Origin: a virus
Reading direction: 5' to 3' (one strand)
DNA length: 39,698 bases
Virus record (IMG/VR): IMGVR_UViG_3300021057_000023
Location: 1-39,698 of that record
This document shows positions 23,702 to 32,845 of the stretch, one piece after another. The translations under genes and the position numbers were made by a program. Positions within the stretch are counted from its first letter, which is position 1. Each line of letters begins with the position of its first letter. A model generated the notes under the pieces. It had not been told where the DNA came from, made no database searches, and worked only from the letters and a program-made list of their open reading frames with translations.

Positions 23702-23977
23702 ATGGCCTGGACCGTGACCCGGTATCCGACCGTCTTCGGGAACAAGGCCGCCGTGGGTCTGAAGCTCACCGCCGACGCGGCGACGCAGACCATCGAGACG
23801 GGCCTTAAGACCATCGAGTGGTACGCGCTTGGTACCTTCAACTCCATGGCGAGCCAGACCGGCCGCTACATCTACATCAACAGCAACGCCTCGGGCGTGC
23901 AGTCCCACGGCGTCCTGGGCTGCTCGGGCTTTGCCGCGGGCGACGACGTCTACGTCACCGTCTTCGGCACGCGGTGA
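23702..23977 (+). CDS. Hypothetical virion-module protein (91 aa)
   Basis: GGGAGG upstream; lies in the late operon. Confidence 0.65.
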   Translation: MAWTVTRYPTVFGNKAAVGLKLTADAATQTIETGLKTIEWYALGTFNSMASQTGRYIYINSNASGVQSHGVLGCSGFAAGDDVYVTVFGTR

Positions 23978-23983
23978 CGCGCC

Positions 23984-24334
23984 ATGCCGCACCGCGGACT
24001 AAAGACCTTCACGGTCACCATGGCCTCGGGCGAGAGCCTGACGGCCGCCTTTCAGCCGGGCGGGCCGTGGTCGGCCGTCTATGCGCTCATCCCGAGCTTC
24101 TCGACGAACGCCGCCGTCGAGGTCTTCGGGTCTAACGACGGGACGACCTACAACCGGGTCATGCACCCGCCCATCAACTCGTCCACGGTCGGCACCAACG
24201 CCTTCGTCGTCGCCTCGGGCGTCACGGGCTGGGTACCGATCCATCCGGCCGGAGCCTTCTACTCGGTGAAGCTCCATGCCACCGGCGCGGTCGCCAACGG
24301 CGCCGAATTCAAGATCATCTGCGCGCAAAGCTAG
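23984..24334 (+). CDS. Hypothetical virion-module protein (116 aa)
   Basis: ORF in the late operon with high third-position GC. Confidence 0.65.
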   Translation: MPHRGLKTFTVTMASGESLTAAFQPGGPWSAVYALIPSFSTNAAVEVFGSNDGTTYNRVMHPPINSSTVGTNAFVVASGVTGWVPIHPAGAFYSVKLHATGAVANGAEFKIICAQS

Positions 24335-24342
24335 GAGAGCCG

Positions 24343-24771
24343 ATGCCACTGGTCCGCGTTTGGAACGACAACGTCCACCCCTTCCGCCAGACCTTCAAGG
24401 GCGAGGAGATCGCCATCCCGCCGCGGTCTTTCATCATGATGGACCGCGAGGAGGCGATTCAGTTCAAGGGGACCTTCTCGCCCATCGAGAGAGACGGCGG
24501 CGGCGTGCCGCTGCCGACCTCCTACAAGATGATCCGGGTCGAGAGGACGCCGCCGTCGCCAGAGGAGCGCGAGGCCGTCGAGGCGCAGCACGTGAACCCG
24601 GTCACTGGCCGGCGTTTTGCCACCAAGGCCGAACTCGAAGCTGACCTGAAGGCCTACGCCACCGAGCACCCGGACGCCGTGGCGCATGACGCCGAGGCCG
24701 AAGCTGAGATCAAGGCGCAGGTGCCGCGGCGCGGCCCAGGCCGCCCCAAGAAGGCCGAGGTGCCGCAGTGA
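24343..24771 (+). CDS. Hypothetical virion-module protein (142 aa)
   Basis: AGGAGAG upstream; lies in the late operon. Confidence 0.65.
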   Translation: MPLVRVWNDNVHPFRQTFKGEEIAIPPRSFIMMDREEAIQFKGTFSPIERDGGGVPLPTSYKMIRVERTPPSPEEREAVEAQHVNPVTGRRFATKAELEADLKAYATEHPDAVAHDAEAEAEIKAQVPRRGPGRPKKAEVPQ

Positions 24772-25223
24772 GCGATTCGGGCTTCATCAAGGTCTACGGC
24801 CGGTGGACGAAGACGCTCACCGGCCCGGACGGCGCCGTTAAGGCGCAGCTTGAGGGCCCGAACGTCGTCACCACGGTCGGGAAGGAATTCCTGGCGAGCT
24901 TCCTCTACTCGGCCGCCGCCGCGGCGTCGACCTTCACCGCGAAGTACGTGGCGATTGGCACCGACGCCACGGCCGAGGCCGTGGGCAATACGAGCCTTGG
25001 GACCGAGCTGGCGCGCCATACGGGCACCGTCTCCTACATCTCGGGCGCCATCTACCGCGTCACGGCGACGTTCGCGGCCGGCACCGGCACCGGCGCCATC
25101 GTCGAGTACGGGCTTCTCTCGTCCTCGACGGGCGGGACCTTGCTCGCGCGCGACACGGAGTCGGTCATCAACAAGGGCGCCTCGGACACCCTCACCGTGC
25201 AGGCCAACTTCACCTTCTCATGA
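24768..25223 (+). CDS. Virion structural protein (tail-collar/fibre-like beta pattern, putative)
   Basis: GTGA overlap. The pattern VTTVGKEFLA....AIGTDATAEAVGNTSLGTELAR.......IVEYGLLSS..GGTLLAR is reminiscent of tail-collar-type proteins. Confidence 0.5.
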   Translation: MSDSGFIKVYGRWTKTLTGPDGAVKAQLEGPNVVTTVGKEFLASFLYSAAAAASTFTAKYVAIGTDATAEAVGNTSLGTELARHTGTVSYISGAIYRVTATFAAGTGTGAIVEYGLLSSSTGGTLLARDTESVINKGASDTLTVQANFTFS

Positions 25224-25229
25224 TGGGCC

Positions 25230-25625
25230 ATGGCGGATTTCAGCGTCACGATCAACAACTCCATCAATTCGTGGGGGCCCGCCCCCTCGAACAAGTGGGG
25301 CGCGTGGAACTGGAACGCCTTCAAGTGGGGCGAGGGGACGCACGACCTCACGACCGAAACGGTCAAGGTCTCATCTGAGACCCTCTCGCTGAGCCAGTCC
25401 CTCTCGCTCGCCGCCGACTTCGTCATCTCGCTCGCGAACTCCGTCGCCTCCGCCGAGGACCTGGGCTCCGAGGTCCTCCGCTCCGGCTCCTACTCCTACG
25501 TCTTCCCCTCGAACGTGACCGACGGCGAGAGCCGGTCGTTTGCCACCTGGACCTCGGGCTCCGTGGCGTCGGTCACCTGGACCTCGGGCACGGCCACCTC
25601 AACCTCGTGGAGTAGCGCCGCATGA
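25230..25625 (+). CDS. Ser/Thr/Trp-rich virion-module protein (131 aa)
   Basis: The C-terminus contains repeated TWTSG motifs: FATWTSGSVASVTWTSGTATSTSWSSAA. Confidence 0.6.
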   Translation: MADFSVTINNSINSWGPAPSNKWGAWNWNAFKWGEGTHDLTTETVKVSSETLSLSQSLSLAADFVISLANSVASAEDLGSEVLRSGSYSYVFPSNVTDGESRSFATWTSGSVASVTWTSGTATSTSWSSAA

Positions 25626-26251
25626 CGCCGCTCGAGATCGAGACCATGGCGCGCCAGCGCTACAACGCCGTCGGCGACAGCTTTTGGGCGTCGACCGAGA
25701 TGATGGGCCTCATCTGGCAGGCCTGCCAGGAGCTGGCCAGAGAGGCGAAGTGCATCCGGCGCGTCTTCACGACGACGACTGTGGCAGGCACCCGCGAGTA
25801 CGCCTTCCCGACCAACGTCACCGCCATCAAGCGGATCATCTACAACGGGATTCGCTTGGACGAGGTGCAGTTCACGGTCGATGACGACCTCACGAGCTTC
25901 TACGAGACGACGACGAACCAGGGCCCGCCGGAGACCTTCGTCCAGTGGAACGAGACGCTCTATCTCAGGCCCATCCCCGACGGCGCCTACACGCTGAAAA
26001 TCTATGGGTACTGCGAGCCGCAGGAGGTCACCTCGACTTCGACGCTCGAGGTTCCGACTGAGTACCATCAAGGCCTCTGCGACTACCTCAATATGATGAT
26101 GGCGGCCAAGGATAAGAACCTCCAGGCCGCCCAGTGGTTCGAGAAGCGCTGGGACCTCACCAAGGCCAAGGCCGTCCGCCAGGAGCGGGCGAAATACCGG
26201 GGCGGAAACCTCATCTCGGTCTATGACGCCGAAGGCTGGCTGTCGCGGTGA
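25622..26251 (+). CDS. Head-tail adaptor / tail tubular protein A-like (putative)
   Basis: 209 aa, directly upstream of a large beta-rich tail protein. Position and size match T7 gp11-type adaptors. Confidence 0.4.
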   Translation: MTPLEIETMARQRYNAVGDSFWASTEMMGLIWQACQELAREAKCIRRVFTTTTVAGTREYAFPTNVTAIKRIIYNGIRLDEVQFTVDDDLTSFYETTTNQGPPETFVQWNETLYLRPIPDGAYTLKIYGYCEPQEVTSTSTLEVPTEYHQGLCDYLNMMMAAKDKNLQAAQWFEKRWDLTKAKAVRQERAKYRGGNLISVYDAEGWLSR

Positions 26252-28149
26252 GGCGTGACGGCTACAACGTCGTCTTCCCCCCCGACGGCCGGCAGGCCTT
26301 CGACGGCGGCATGAACTCGAAGTTCGAGCGGGCGCTGATCGCTCCGAACGAGAGCCCGGACTGCCAGAACGTCGTCTTTGCCAACGGCGCGGTGGCCACG
26401 AGAGAGGCGGCGACCCAGCTCAACACGACGGCCGTGGGCTCGTTCGTCTGCGACGGCATCTACACGCGGCGCGCCAATACGGGCGCTGAGACCATGGTCG
26501 CCTGGTTCGGCGGCACGGCCTGGAACCTCACCGGCACGTCGACCTTCGCCACGATCGCCTCGGCGCAGTCGGTCTACACGGCTGGCCAGCGCGTGGGGGC
26601 GGCGCAGTACGAGAACCACATCTTTTTCGGCAACGGCGGCACGCTCCCCTACAAGTGGAACGGCACCGATTTCACCCGCCACGGCGTCTATCCGCCGACC
26701 CAGACGGCGACAGCGGCGAGCATCGCCGGAACGCTCTCGGGCGATCAGTCCTACAAGATGACCTACGTCAACAGCCAGCTCGCCGAAAGCGACCTGGGGC
26801 CGGCGACGACGTTCTCGGTCACGGCCACGGGCGGCGGCGTGCGCCTTTCCTCTCTGCCGGTGGCGCCGCAGAGCTTCGGCGTCTCCAGCCGGCGCATCTA
26901 CCGCTACGACTCTGGCTCCTATAAGCGCGTCGGCACCATCGGCGACAACACGACGACGACGTTTGACGACGCGGGCGCGACGGCCGGCGCCACCGCCCCC
27001 ACCGACAACGGCGTACCGCCGCTCTGGCGCGTGGCCGTGGCCCACCAAGACCGGCTCTTCATGATCGATGCCACGACCCCCAACCAGGTCTGGTACTCGA
27101 ACCTGGGCGAGCCGTACACGGTGGCCTCCACCAACTTCGACACCTTCGGCGACGCCTCGGCCGATCTGCCGAAGGCGCTCGAGGTCTACGACAACTCGCT
27201 GGTCGTCATCTGCGAGAACAGCCAGTGGGTCTGGTACATGCCGTCCACGACGGTCTCCGACTGGCGCAAGGTCAAGGTCCGCTCCTCCTACGGCAGCCGC
27301 TCCCCTTACGGCGCCGCCCAGGTCGACGGCGGCGTCATGTTCCCGGCCATCCAGAACAGCAAGCTCGTGGGCTTTGGCGTCGTCTCTGGCGACACCTTGC
27401 AGCCGTCGACGACCCTTCTCACCGTCTCGGCCATGCAGTCGGATCTGGCGTCGGACCGGATCGAGCCCGAGATCTTCGACATCCAAGAGGCCTACGTCTC
27501 GAACATCTCGGCCTTCGTCTTTAGGAACAAGGCCTATCTGGCCGTCACCTACGGCTCGGGCGCGACGACCAACAACCGCGTCTTCGTCTACGACTTCTCG
27601 GTGCAGCGTCTGAACAAACCGCAGCGCGCCGCCTGGACCATCTACAAGGGCGCCAACGCCGCCCAGTTCACGGTCTATGACGGGAAACTGTACTTCGGCT
27701 CGGCCACGGCCAACGGCCTCGTCTACCGGCTCGAGCACGAGTCGGTCTACACGGACGCAGGCTCGGCGGCGATCGACAGCTACTTCTGGACGAAGGAATT
27801 CGCGGGGCTCAAGGGCCACGAGAACCTCGAGAAAGACTTCCGCTGGGCCAAGGTCTTGGTCGACATGGCCGGCGCCTACTACATGACGATGCGCTACCGC
27901 ACCGACTCCGACTCGGGCGATGGCCAGTCGGTGCAGCTCTCGCTCAACCCCGGCTCGATGATTTGGGGGACGGGCGTCTGGGGGCAATCAACCTGGGGCT
28001 CGGGCTCGACGCAGAAAGAGATCTCGGTGCCTCTGGGGCAGTGCCGGGGAAAACGCATCCAGTTCCAGTTCTCCAACCAAAACACCGCGGGCCAGCGCTT
28101 TAAGGTCCACGGCCTCAACTTCACCTACAACGTCAAAGGGGAGCGCTGA
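26248..28149 (+). CDS. Tail tubular protein B / nozzle-like structural protein (putative)
   Basis: 633 aa with a beta-propeller-like repetitive pattern. Its position matches T7 gp12. Confidence 0.45.
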   Translation: MRRDGYNVVFPPDGRQAFDGGMNSKFERALIAPNESPDCQNVVFANGAVATREAATQLNTTAVGSFVCDGIYTRRANTGAETMVAWFGGTAWNLTGTSTFATIASAQSVYTAGQRVGAAQYENHIFFGNGGTLPYKWNGTDFTRHGVYPPTQTATAASIAGTLSGDQSYKMTYVNSQLAESDLGPATTFSVTATGGGVRLSSLPVAPQSFGVSSRRIYRYDSGSYKRVGTIGDNTTTTFDDAGATAGATAPTDNGVPPLWRVAVAHQDRLFMIDATTPNQVWYSNLGEPYTVASTNFDTFGDASADLPKALEVYDNSLVVICENSQWVWYMPSTTVSDWRKVKVRSSYGSRSPYGAAQVDGGVMFPAIQNSKLVGFGVVSGDTLQPSTTLLTVSAMQSDLASDRIEPEIFDIQEAYVSNISAFVFRNKAYLAVTYGSGATTNNRVFVYDFSVQRLNKPQRAAWTIYKGANAAQFTVYDGKLYFGSATANGLVYRLEHESVYTDAGSAAIDSYFWTKEFAGLKGHENLEKDFRWAKVLVDMAGAYYMTMRYRTDSDSGDGQSVQLSLNPGSMIWGTGVWGQSTWGSGSTQKEISVPLGQCRGKRIQFQFSNQNTAGQRFKVHGLNFTYNVKGER

Positions 28150-29000
28150 TGGCCATGCCGGCAGCTCAAGCCCAAGGCCCCGACGAGTTCGAGCTCGCCA
28201 GACGGCGCGCGCAGCAGCAGGTCACCGCCGCGACGCAGGCCAAGACCGACGCCATCAAGCGCCGCATGTCGGCCGCTGGGGCGCTGAACTCCGGGGCGGC
28301 GATCAAGCAGGAGCAGATCGCCCATGACGAGGGCCAGCAGCAGCTCCAGCAGGCCACCGAGCAAGTGGACGCAGCCGAGCGGGCGGAGTTTCGCCGCCGG
28401 CGTGAGGTGCAGGAGGGGCGGGACTTCGCGCGAAGCGAGCGGGAAGCGAGCCAGCAGTTCGCCTCGGGCGAGACGGCGCTGGCGCGCCGCTTCCAGGAGC
28501 AGATGCAGGGCAAGCAATTTGACTTCACGCGCGGCGAGCGCGAAGCCGGGCAGACCTTCCAAGCGGGCCAGCTCGAAAAGCAGATGGGCCAGCAGGCCGA
28601 GCAGTTCAAGGCCGACCTTGACAGCCGCATGAAGATCGCCGCCGACCAGATCGCGGCGCAGGAGCGGCAAGGCCAACTCACTCGCGAGCAGGCCGCCAAG
28701 GCGCTTGAGGAGACCAGGCGCCAGTTCGACGCCGAGCTGCGCGAAAACATCAAGACCAACGTCGTCAACACGATCATCTCGGCCCACAACTCGAAGATGT
28801 CGCCCGACCAGATGAAGGGCCTCCTGGGCGGCCTGAACCTCGAAGGCCTCGGGCTCGACCTGGCGAGCCTGCTCAATGCCGCGCCCGCCGCCCCGCAGCC
28901 GCCGGCGATCCCGGGCGTGCCGACGCAGCCGCAGTTCGGGGCACCGATCCCCAACGGCAACTGGAACTACAACGCCGGCAACCCCAACCCCTACGGCTAA
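28149..29000 (+). CDS. Internal virion protein (Q/E-rich, with an internal repeat)
   Basis: DFARSEREASQQFASGE and DFTRGEREAGQTFQAGQ form an internal repeat. Position follows the nozzle gene. Confidence 0.5.
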   Translation: MAMPAAQAQGPDEFELARRRAQQQVTAATQAKTDAIKRRMSAAGALNSGAAIKQEQIAHDEGQQQLQQATEQVDAAERAEFRRRREVQEGRDFARSEREASQQFASGETALARRFQEQMQGKQFDFTRGEREAGQTFQAGQLEKQMGQQAEQFKADLDSRMKIAADQIAAQERQGQLTREQAAKALEETRRQFDAELRENIKTNVVNTIISAHNSKMSPDQMKGLLGGLNLEGLGLDLASLLNAAPAAPQPPAIPGVPTQPQFGAPIPNGNWNYNAGNPNPYG

Positions 29001-29012
29001 GGGAGACGACCA

Positions 29013-29411
29013 ATGGCCATTCGCGGAGTTCAGCCCGTCGCCGCCCAAGATCAGGTGACCGACTACAAGCCGGCGCGTCAGGGCGGAGGCAAAGCCGGTC
29101 AGATGGTCGGCGGCTTTCTCGGCGGCATCGCCGGCATCCCCGGCGGCCCGGCCGGTGTCATGGCGGGCGTCGCCACGGGCTCGAGCCTGGGCGGCGTCGT
29201 CGGCAATGCCATCTCGCCTGAAAAGGCCGCGTCGACGGCCATCGAGCGGCGGCTGCAATCAGCCGGCCCGCAGGTTCAGAGCTCGCCGCAGACCGAGCGC
29301 CTCAAGCAGTCGGTCCTGGCGCTACACCAGGCGCCGCCCGACATCAAAGCTGAGTACGCCGCGCCGCTCGTGAAGGCCTATATGGTCTCGGCCGCCAAGG
29401 ACTACGCCTAA
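29013..29411 (+). CDS. Glycine-zipper membrane-active internal virion protein (putative)
   Basis: GGFLGGIAGIPGGPAGVMAGVATGSSLGGVVG is a glycine-zipper stretch. Confidence 0.5.
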   Translation: MAIRGVQPVAAQDQVTDYKPARQGGGKAGQMVGGFLGGIAGIPGGPAGVMAGVATGSSLGGVVGNAISPEKAASTAIERRLQSAGPQVQSSPQTERLKQSVLALHQAPPDIKAEYAAPLVKAYMVSAAKDYA

Positions 29412-29426
29412 GGGAGCACCGCCGCC

Positions 29427-30602
29427 ATGGGTATCAACACCGTCTCGGTCGTCGGCCCGCGGGCTGAGCCACAGCAGCAGGAAAAGCCCAAGAAGGACAC
29501 CCTGGAGATGATTCTCCAGGGCCTCCAGATCGCCAACTCGGCCATGGGGATCGGCGCGAACTTCACGACGATCCAGAAGCACATGGACGAGCGGGCCGTC
29601 GCCCAGGATCTCCGCCAGGGCATCCTGTCGCAGAAGGACAAGGCGGCCCACCTGTCGACGCTCGAGAACGTCCCCGAGAACACGCCCGGCGCGACGCCGA
29701 TGAAGTATCGCGTGGCCGATGGCGACGAGCCGGGCGCCGTCGAGACCCTCTGGCAGATGGCCAAGAAGACGGAGCCCAAGGCGCCGGAGATGAAGACCCG
29801 GCTGGTCGAGACGAAGAGTCCGGACGGCAAACCGGTTCAGAAGATCGTCGAGGACAAGGTCGGCGCAGAGTTCCCTTCCTACGAGAAGCCCAAGGACACG
29901 GCCGTCGCCGACGCGAAGAAGGACGAGCGCCATAAGGCGGCCGTCGAGCGAGCGCAGGGGAAGCTGAATCAGGAACTCCTGAAGGTGCGCGAGGAGGTGA
30001 ACGTCGCCTCCCAGGTGCGCGAGATGGCGGAGCTGGGGAAGCTCAACCCCATCGCCGCCGCAAACCTTGGCTCCCGGCTGGCGCGCGCCAACGGCGAAAA
30101 GGGCGTCCTAACCGATAAGGACGTCGACCGCCACGGCGGCAGCCAAGCCCTTGCCGACAAGATCGCTCGCTACGTGAAGCGGGCCGAAGAGGGCACTCTG
30201 ACCGACGAGGACGCGCGCTTCTCGATCGAGATGGCCGATATGCTCGAGCGGTCTGCGAGGCAGAAGGAGACCCAAGTCTCCGAGCATTTCGTCCGCCAGT
30301 TCACGAGAAACTACGGCGGCGACTTCGCCGAAAACTACGGCGTGATCGTCGGCACCGATTACGAGCCTCCGGCGTCGACGCAGGCCCCGGGCGAGCCGCA
30401 GCGGAAGCCCGAAAGCGGCACGGCTTTCGCCGCGCCCGCGAGCGAGGGCCTCACGGTCCCCGTTCCCATGCGGGGCGCCACGGGTGTCGCGCCTAAGCCT
30501 ACGGCCGACGACCTCAAGGCGATGGACTGGGCGAAGCAGAATCCCAAGGATCCCCGCGCCCAGCAAATCCGGCAAACCCTCCAGGCGAAGGGGCTTCTCT
30601 AA
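29427..30602 (+). CDS. Internal virion / ejection protein (putative)
   Basis: 391 aa, K/E-rich and helical, located in the internal-protein block. Confidence 0.5.
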   Translation: MGINTVSVVGPRAEPQQQEKPKKDTLEMILQGLQIANSAMGIGANFTTIQKHMDERAVAQDLRQGILSQKDKAAHLSTLENVPENTPGATPMKYRVADGDEPGAVETLWQMAKKTEPKAPEMKTRLVETKSPDGKPVQKIVEDKVGAEFPSYEKPKDTAVADAKKDERHKAAVERAQGKLNQELLKVREEVNVASQVREMAELGKLNPIAAANLGSRLARANGEKGVLTDKDVDRHGGSQALADKIARYVKRAEEGTLTDEDARFSIEMADMLERSARQKETQVSEHFVRQFTRNYGGDFAENYGVIVGTDYEPPASTQAPGEPQRKPESGTAFAAPASEGLTVPVPMRGATGVAPKPTADDLKAMDWAKQNPKDPRAQQIRQTLQAKGLL

Positions 30603-32299
30603 TGCCCGGCTTCGATCCGGACAAGTACTTGGCCCAGAACTCGGCGCCCGCCAAAAAGGACGCCGACGGCGGCTTTGACCCGGATCGCTATCTGGCGAAC
30701 GAGCGGCCGCGGCCGCGCCTCTCGCCCGTCGAATCGGCCATCTCAGGCGCCGCCCAGGGCCTCACCTTCGGCTTCTCGGACGAGATCATCGGCGCGGCGC
30801 GTGCGGGGGTCGGGAAGCTGAAAGGCGAGGGGTCGTTTACCGACCTCTACCCGAAGTATCGCGACGAGCAGCGCCAGCACATCGGGCACGCCAAGAGCGA
30901 TAACCCCATCTCGTTTGGCGTAGGAACCGTGGGGTCTCTCGTCGTCCCGGGCGTCGCCGCGGCGAAGGGCGCCTCGGTCTTCTCGCTCCTGCCCAGGGCC
31001 GCGTCGAGCACGGCTGCCAACGTCGCCAAAGCGGGTGCGGCCGGAGCGCTCACCGGCGCCGGTTACTCCAATGCGAATCCGACCGAGTCGCCGGCGAAGC
31101 TGAAGGAGTTCGGCAAGGACGTCGCGGTCGGCGGGGCCGTCGGCGCTGCGCTCCAGGGCGCGTTCAGCGCTGTCGCCGGCATCGGCAACGCCCTTAGGCC
31201 CTCGTCGCTCAGAAAGTTGGCCGAGGAGAAGGCCGTGAAGGCCGCCGGCGCCATGACCCGCGAACAGCGCGAACTCGCCAGGGCAGGGACACTCCGCCCG
31301 TTGGGCCGAGAACTCCTCGACAAGAAGATCGTCACCTTCGGCGCCTCGCTCGAGGACGTCGCCGAGAGAGCGGGCGCCCAAAAGGCAGCGGCCGGCCAAG
31401 AGATCGGCAACGCATTGCAGAAGGTCGACGACCTCGTCGCCGCAGCTAAGGGCGCGGCCGACGACGGGACGATCGCTCTGCCGGAGCAGGCCAAGGCAGC
31501 GTTCAAGGCGCAGCTCGACGACGCCTACCAGTTCAACATGCAGCGAATCGGCCAGCGCATCGAAAAAGAGATCATCGCGCCGAACGCCAAGAACCCGCTC
31601 CTACGCGGCGAGATGCAGAAGCTCGCAGCCATCGCCGACGACTTCAAGAGCCAGGCGCCGCAGACGCTCGCCGAAGGCAACGTCATCAAAGGGACGCAGG
31701 GCAAGATTACCAACTTCAACTCGGACACGGTCCCGCAGGCCTTCAAGCAGGAGGTCTATGGGATCATCAAGACCGAGCTCGAGGACGTGGTCGAAAAGAC
31801 GGCGCAGCTCCAAGCCGCGGTCGCCAAGAACACGGGCCTCCAGGTCCCGAAGCTGGCCGAGGGGGCGAAGGACGCCAAGGCCGCCTATGTCGCCGCAAAA
31901 AAGTCCTACGGGCTCTCGAAAGAGGCCGAGGAAATCGCCGAGCGGCGCCTAGGGACGGTTCGCTCCAACCGCGAACTCAGCCTCACCGACTACATCGCCG
32001 GCGGCGCCGGCCTTGCCTCTGGAGGCCCCGCGCAAGCCCTGCTTCTGGGCGGCGCCAACAAGCTTCTGCGGCGCTATGGCGACGCGGCGCTGGCGGTCGG
32101 CGCGGACAAGTTGGCTCTCGTCATCGAGAAGTCGCCCGAGGCCCTGGGCAAGTTCGGGCCGCTGCTCATCAAAGCCGCTCGCGACAACACGTCCCTGATG
32201 GCGACCCACACGGCGCTCATGAAGGACCCCGAGTACGCCGCCATCATCAAGAACACGCCGACCAACGCCATCCAGCGCCGCCTCCAGGGAGGGAGATAG
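30602..32299 (+). CDS. Large internal virion / ejection protein (putative)
   Basis: 565 aa and Ala/Gly-rich. Its position is analogous to T7 gp15/gp16. Confidence 0.5.
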   Translation: MPGFDPDKYLAQNSAPAKKDADGGFDPDRYLANERPRPRLSPVESAISGAAQGLTFGFSDEIIGAARAGVGKLKGEGSFTDLYPKYRDEQRQHIGHAKSDNPISFGVGTVGSLVVPGVAAAKGASVFSLLPRAASSTAANVAKAGAAGALTGAGYSNANPTESPAKLKEFGKDVAVGGAVGAALQGAFSAVAGIGNALRPSSLRKLAEEKAVKAAGAMTREQRELARAGTLRPLGRELLDKKIVTFGASLEDVAERAGAQKAAAGQEIGNALQKVDDLVAAAKGAADDGTIALPEQAKAAFKAQLDDAYQFNMQRIGQRIEKEIIAPNAKNPLLRGEMQKLAAIADDFKSQAPQTLAEGNVIKGTQGKITNFNSDTVPQAFKQEVYGIIKTELEDVVEKTAQLQAAVAKNTGLQVPKLAEGAKDAKAAYVAAKKSYGLSKEAEEIAERRLGTVRSNRELSLTDYIAGGAGLASGGPAQALLLGGANKLLRRYGDAALAVGADKLALVIEKSPEALGKFGPLLIKAARDNTSLMATHTALMKDPEYAAIIKNTPTNAIQRRLQGGR

Positions 32300-32359
32300 T
32301 CCGGCTCATGTGATAGACATCACGAGCCGCAAACACTGTCCCGCCAAGGAGTACAAGCG

Positions 32360-32830
32360 ATGGGCAAGGGCTGGAAATCGACCGATACGATCGAGCAACG
32401 GTTCTACAAGTTCGTCGAGAAGACGGACGCCTGTTGGCTTTGGCGCGGCACCCTCGCGAACGTCGGCTACGGCTTTATGACCTTCCAGGGCAAGCGCCTG
32501 CAGACCCACCGCACGTCCTACGAGATGCACAAGGGACCGATCCCGGAGGGCATGTTCGTCTGCCATAAGTGCGACGTGCGGGCGTGCGTGAATCCAGACC
32601 ATCTCTTTCTCGGAACGATCCAGGACAACCGCGCCGACTGCGTTCAGAAGCGCCGCCATGGGCACGGCGACACGCACGGCAATGCCAAGCTGTCCGCGAA
32701 TGACGTCATCACGATGCGGCGCCTGTTCGCTTCAGGGAAGTATACGAAAGCCGCTCTGGCTAGGCGCTTTGGCGTGACTCCACCGACGGCGCAAAAGGTC
32801 ATCGACAGAAAAAACTGGACACATCTCTAG
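32360..32830 (+). CDS. HNH homing endonuclease
   Basis: CWLWRG....GYGF......HRTSYEMHKGPIPEGMFVCHKCDVRACVNPDHLFLGTIQDNRADC is an HNH_3-type pattern, followed by a C-terminal HTH-like tail. AAGGAG lies upstream. Confidence 0.8.
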   Translation: MGKGWKSTDTIEQRFYKFVEKTDACWLWRGTLANVGYGFMTFQGKRLQTHRTSYEMHKGPIPEGMFVCHKCDVRACVNPDHLFLGTIQDNRADCVQKRRHGHGDTHGNAKLSANDVITMRRLFASGKYTKAALARRFGVTPPTAQKVIDRKNWTHL

Positions 32831-32845
32831 GGAAGGAGAGGGGCC

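Noticed and set aside
30602-32299. Tape measure protein
   Set aside because: It is Ala/Gly-rich and long. However, no tail tube, tail chaperone frameshift pair or distal tail genes are present. The surrounding order matches podovirus internal or ejection proteins.
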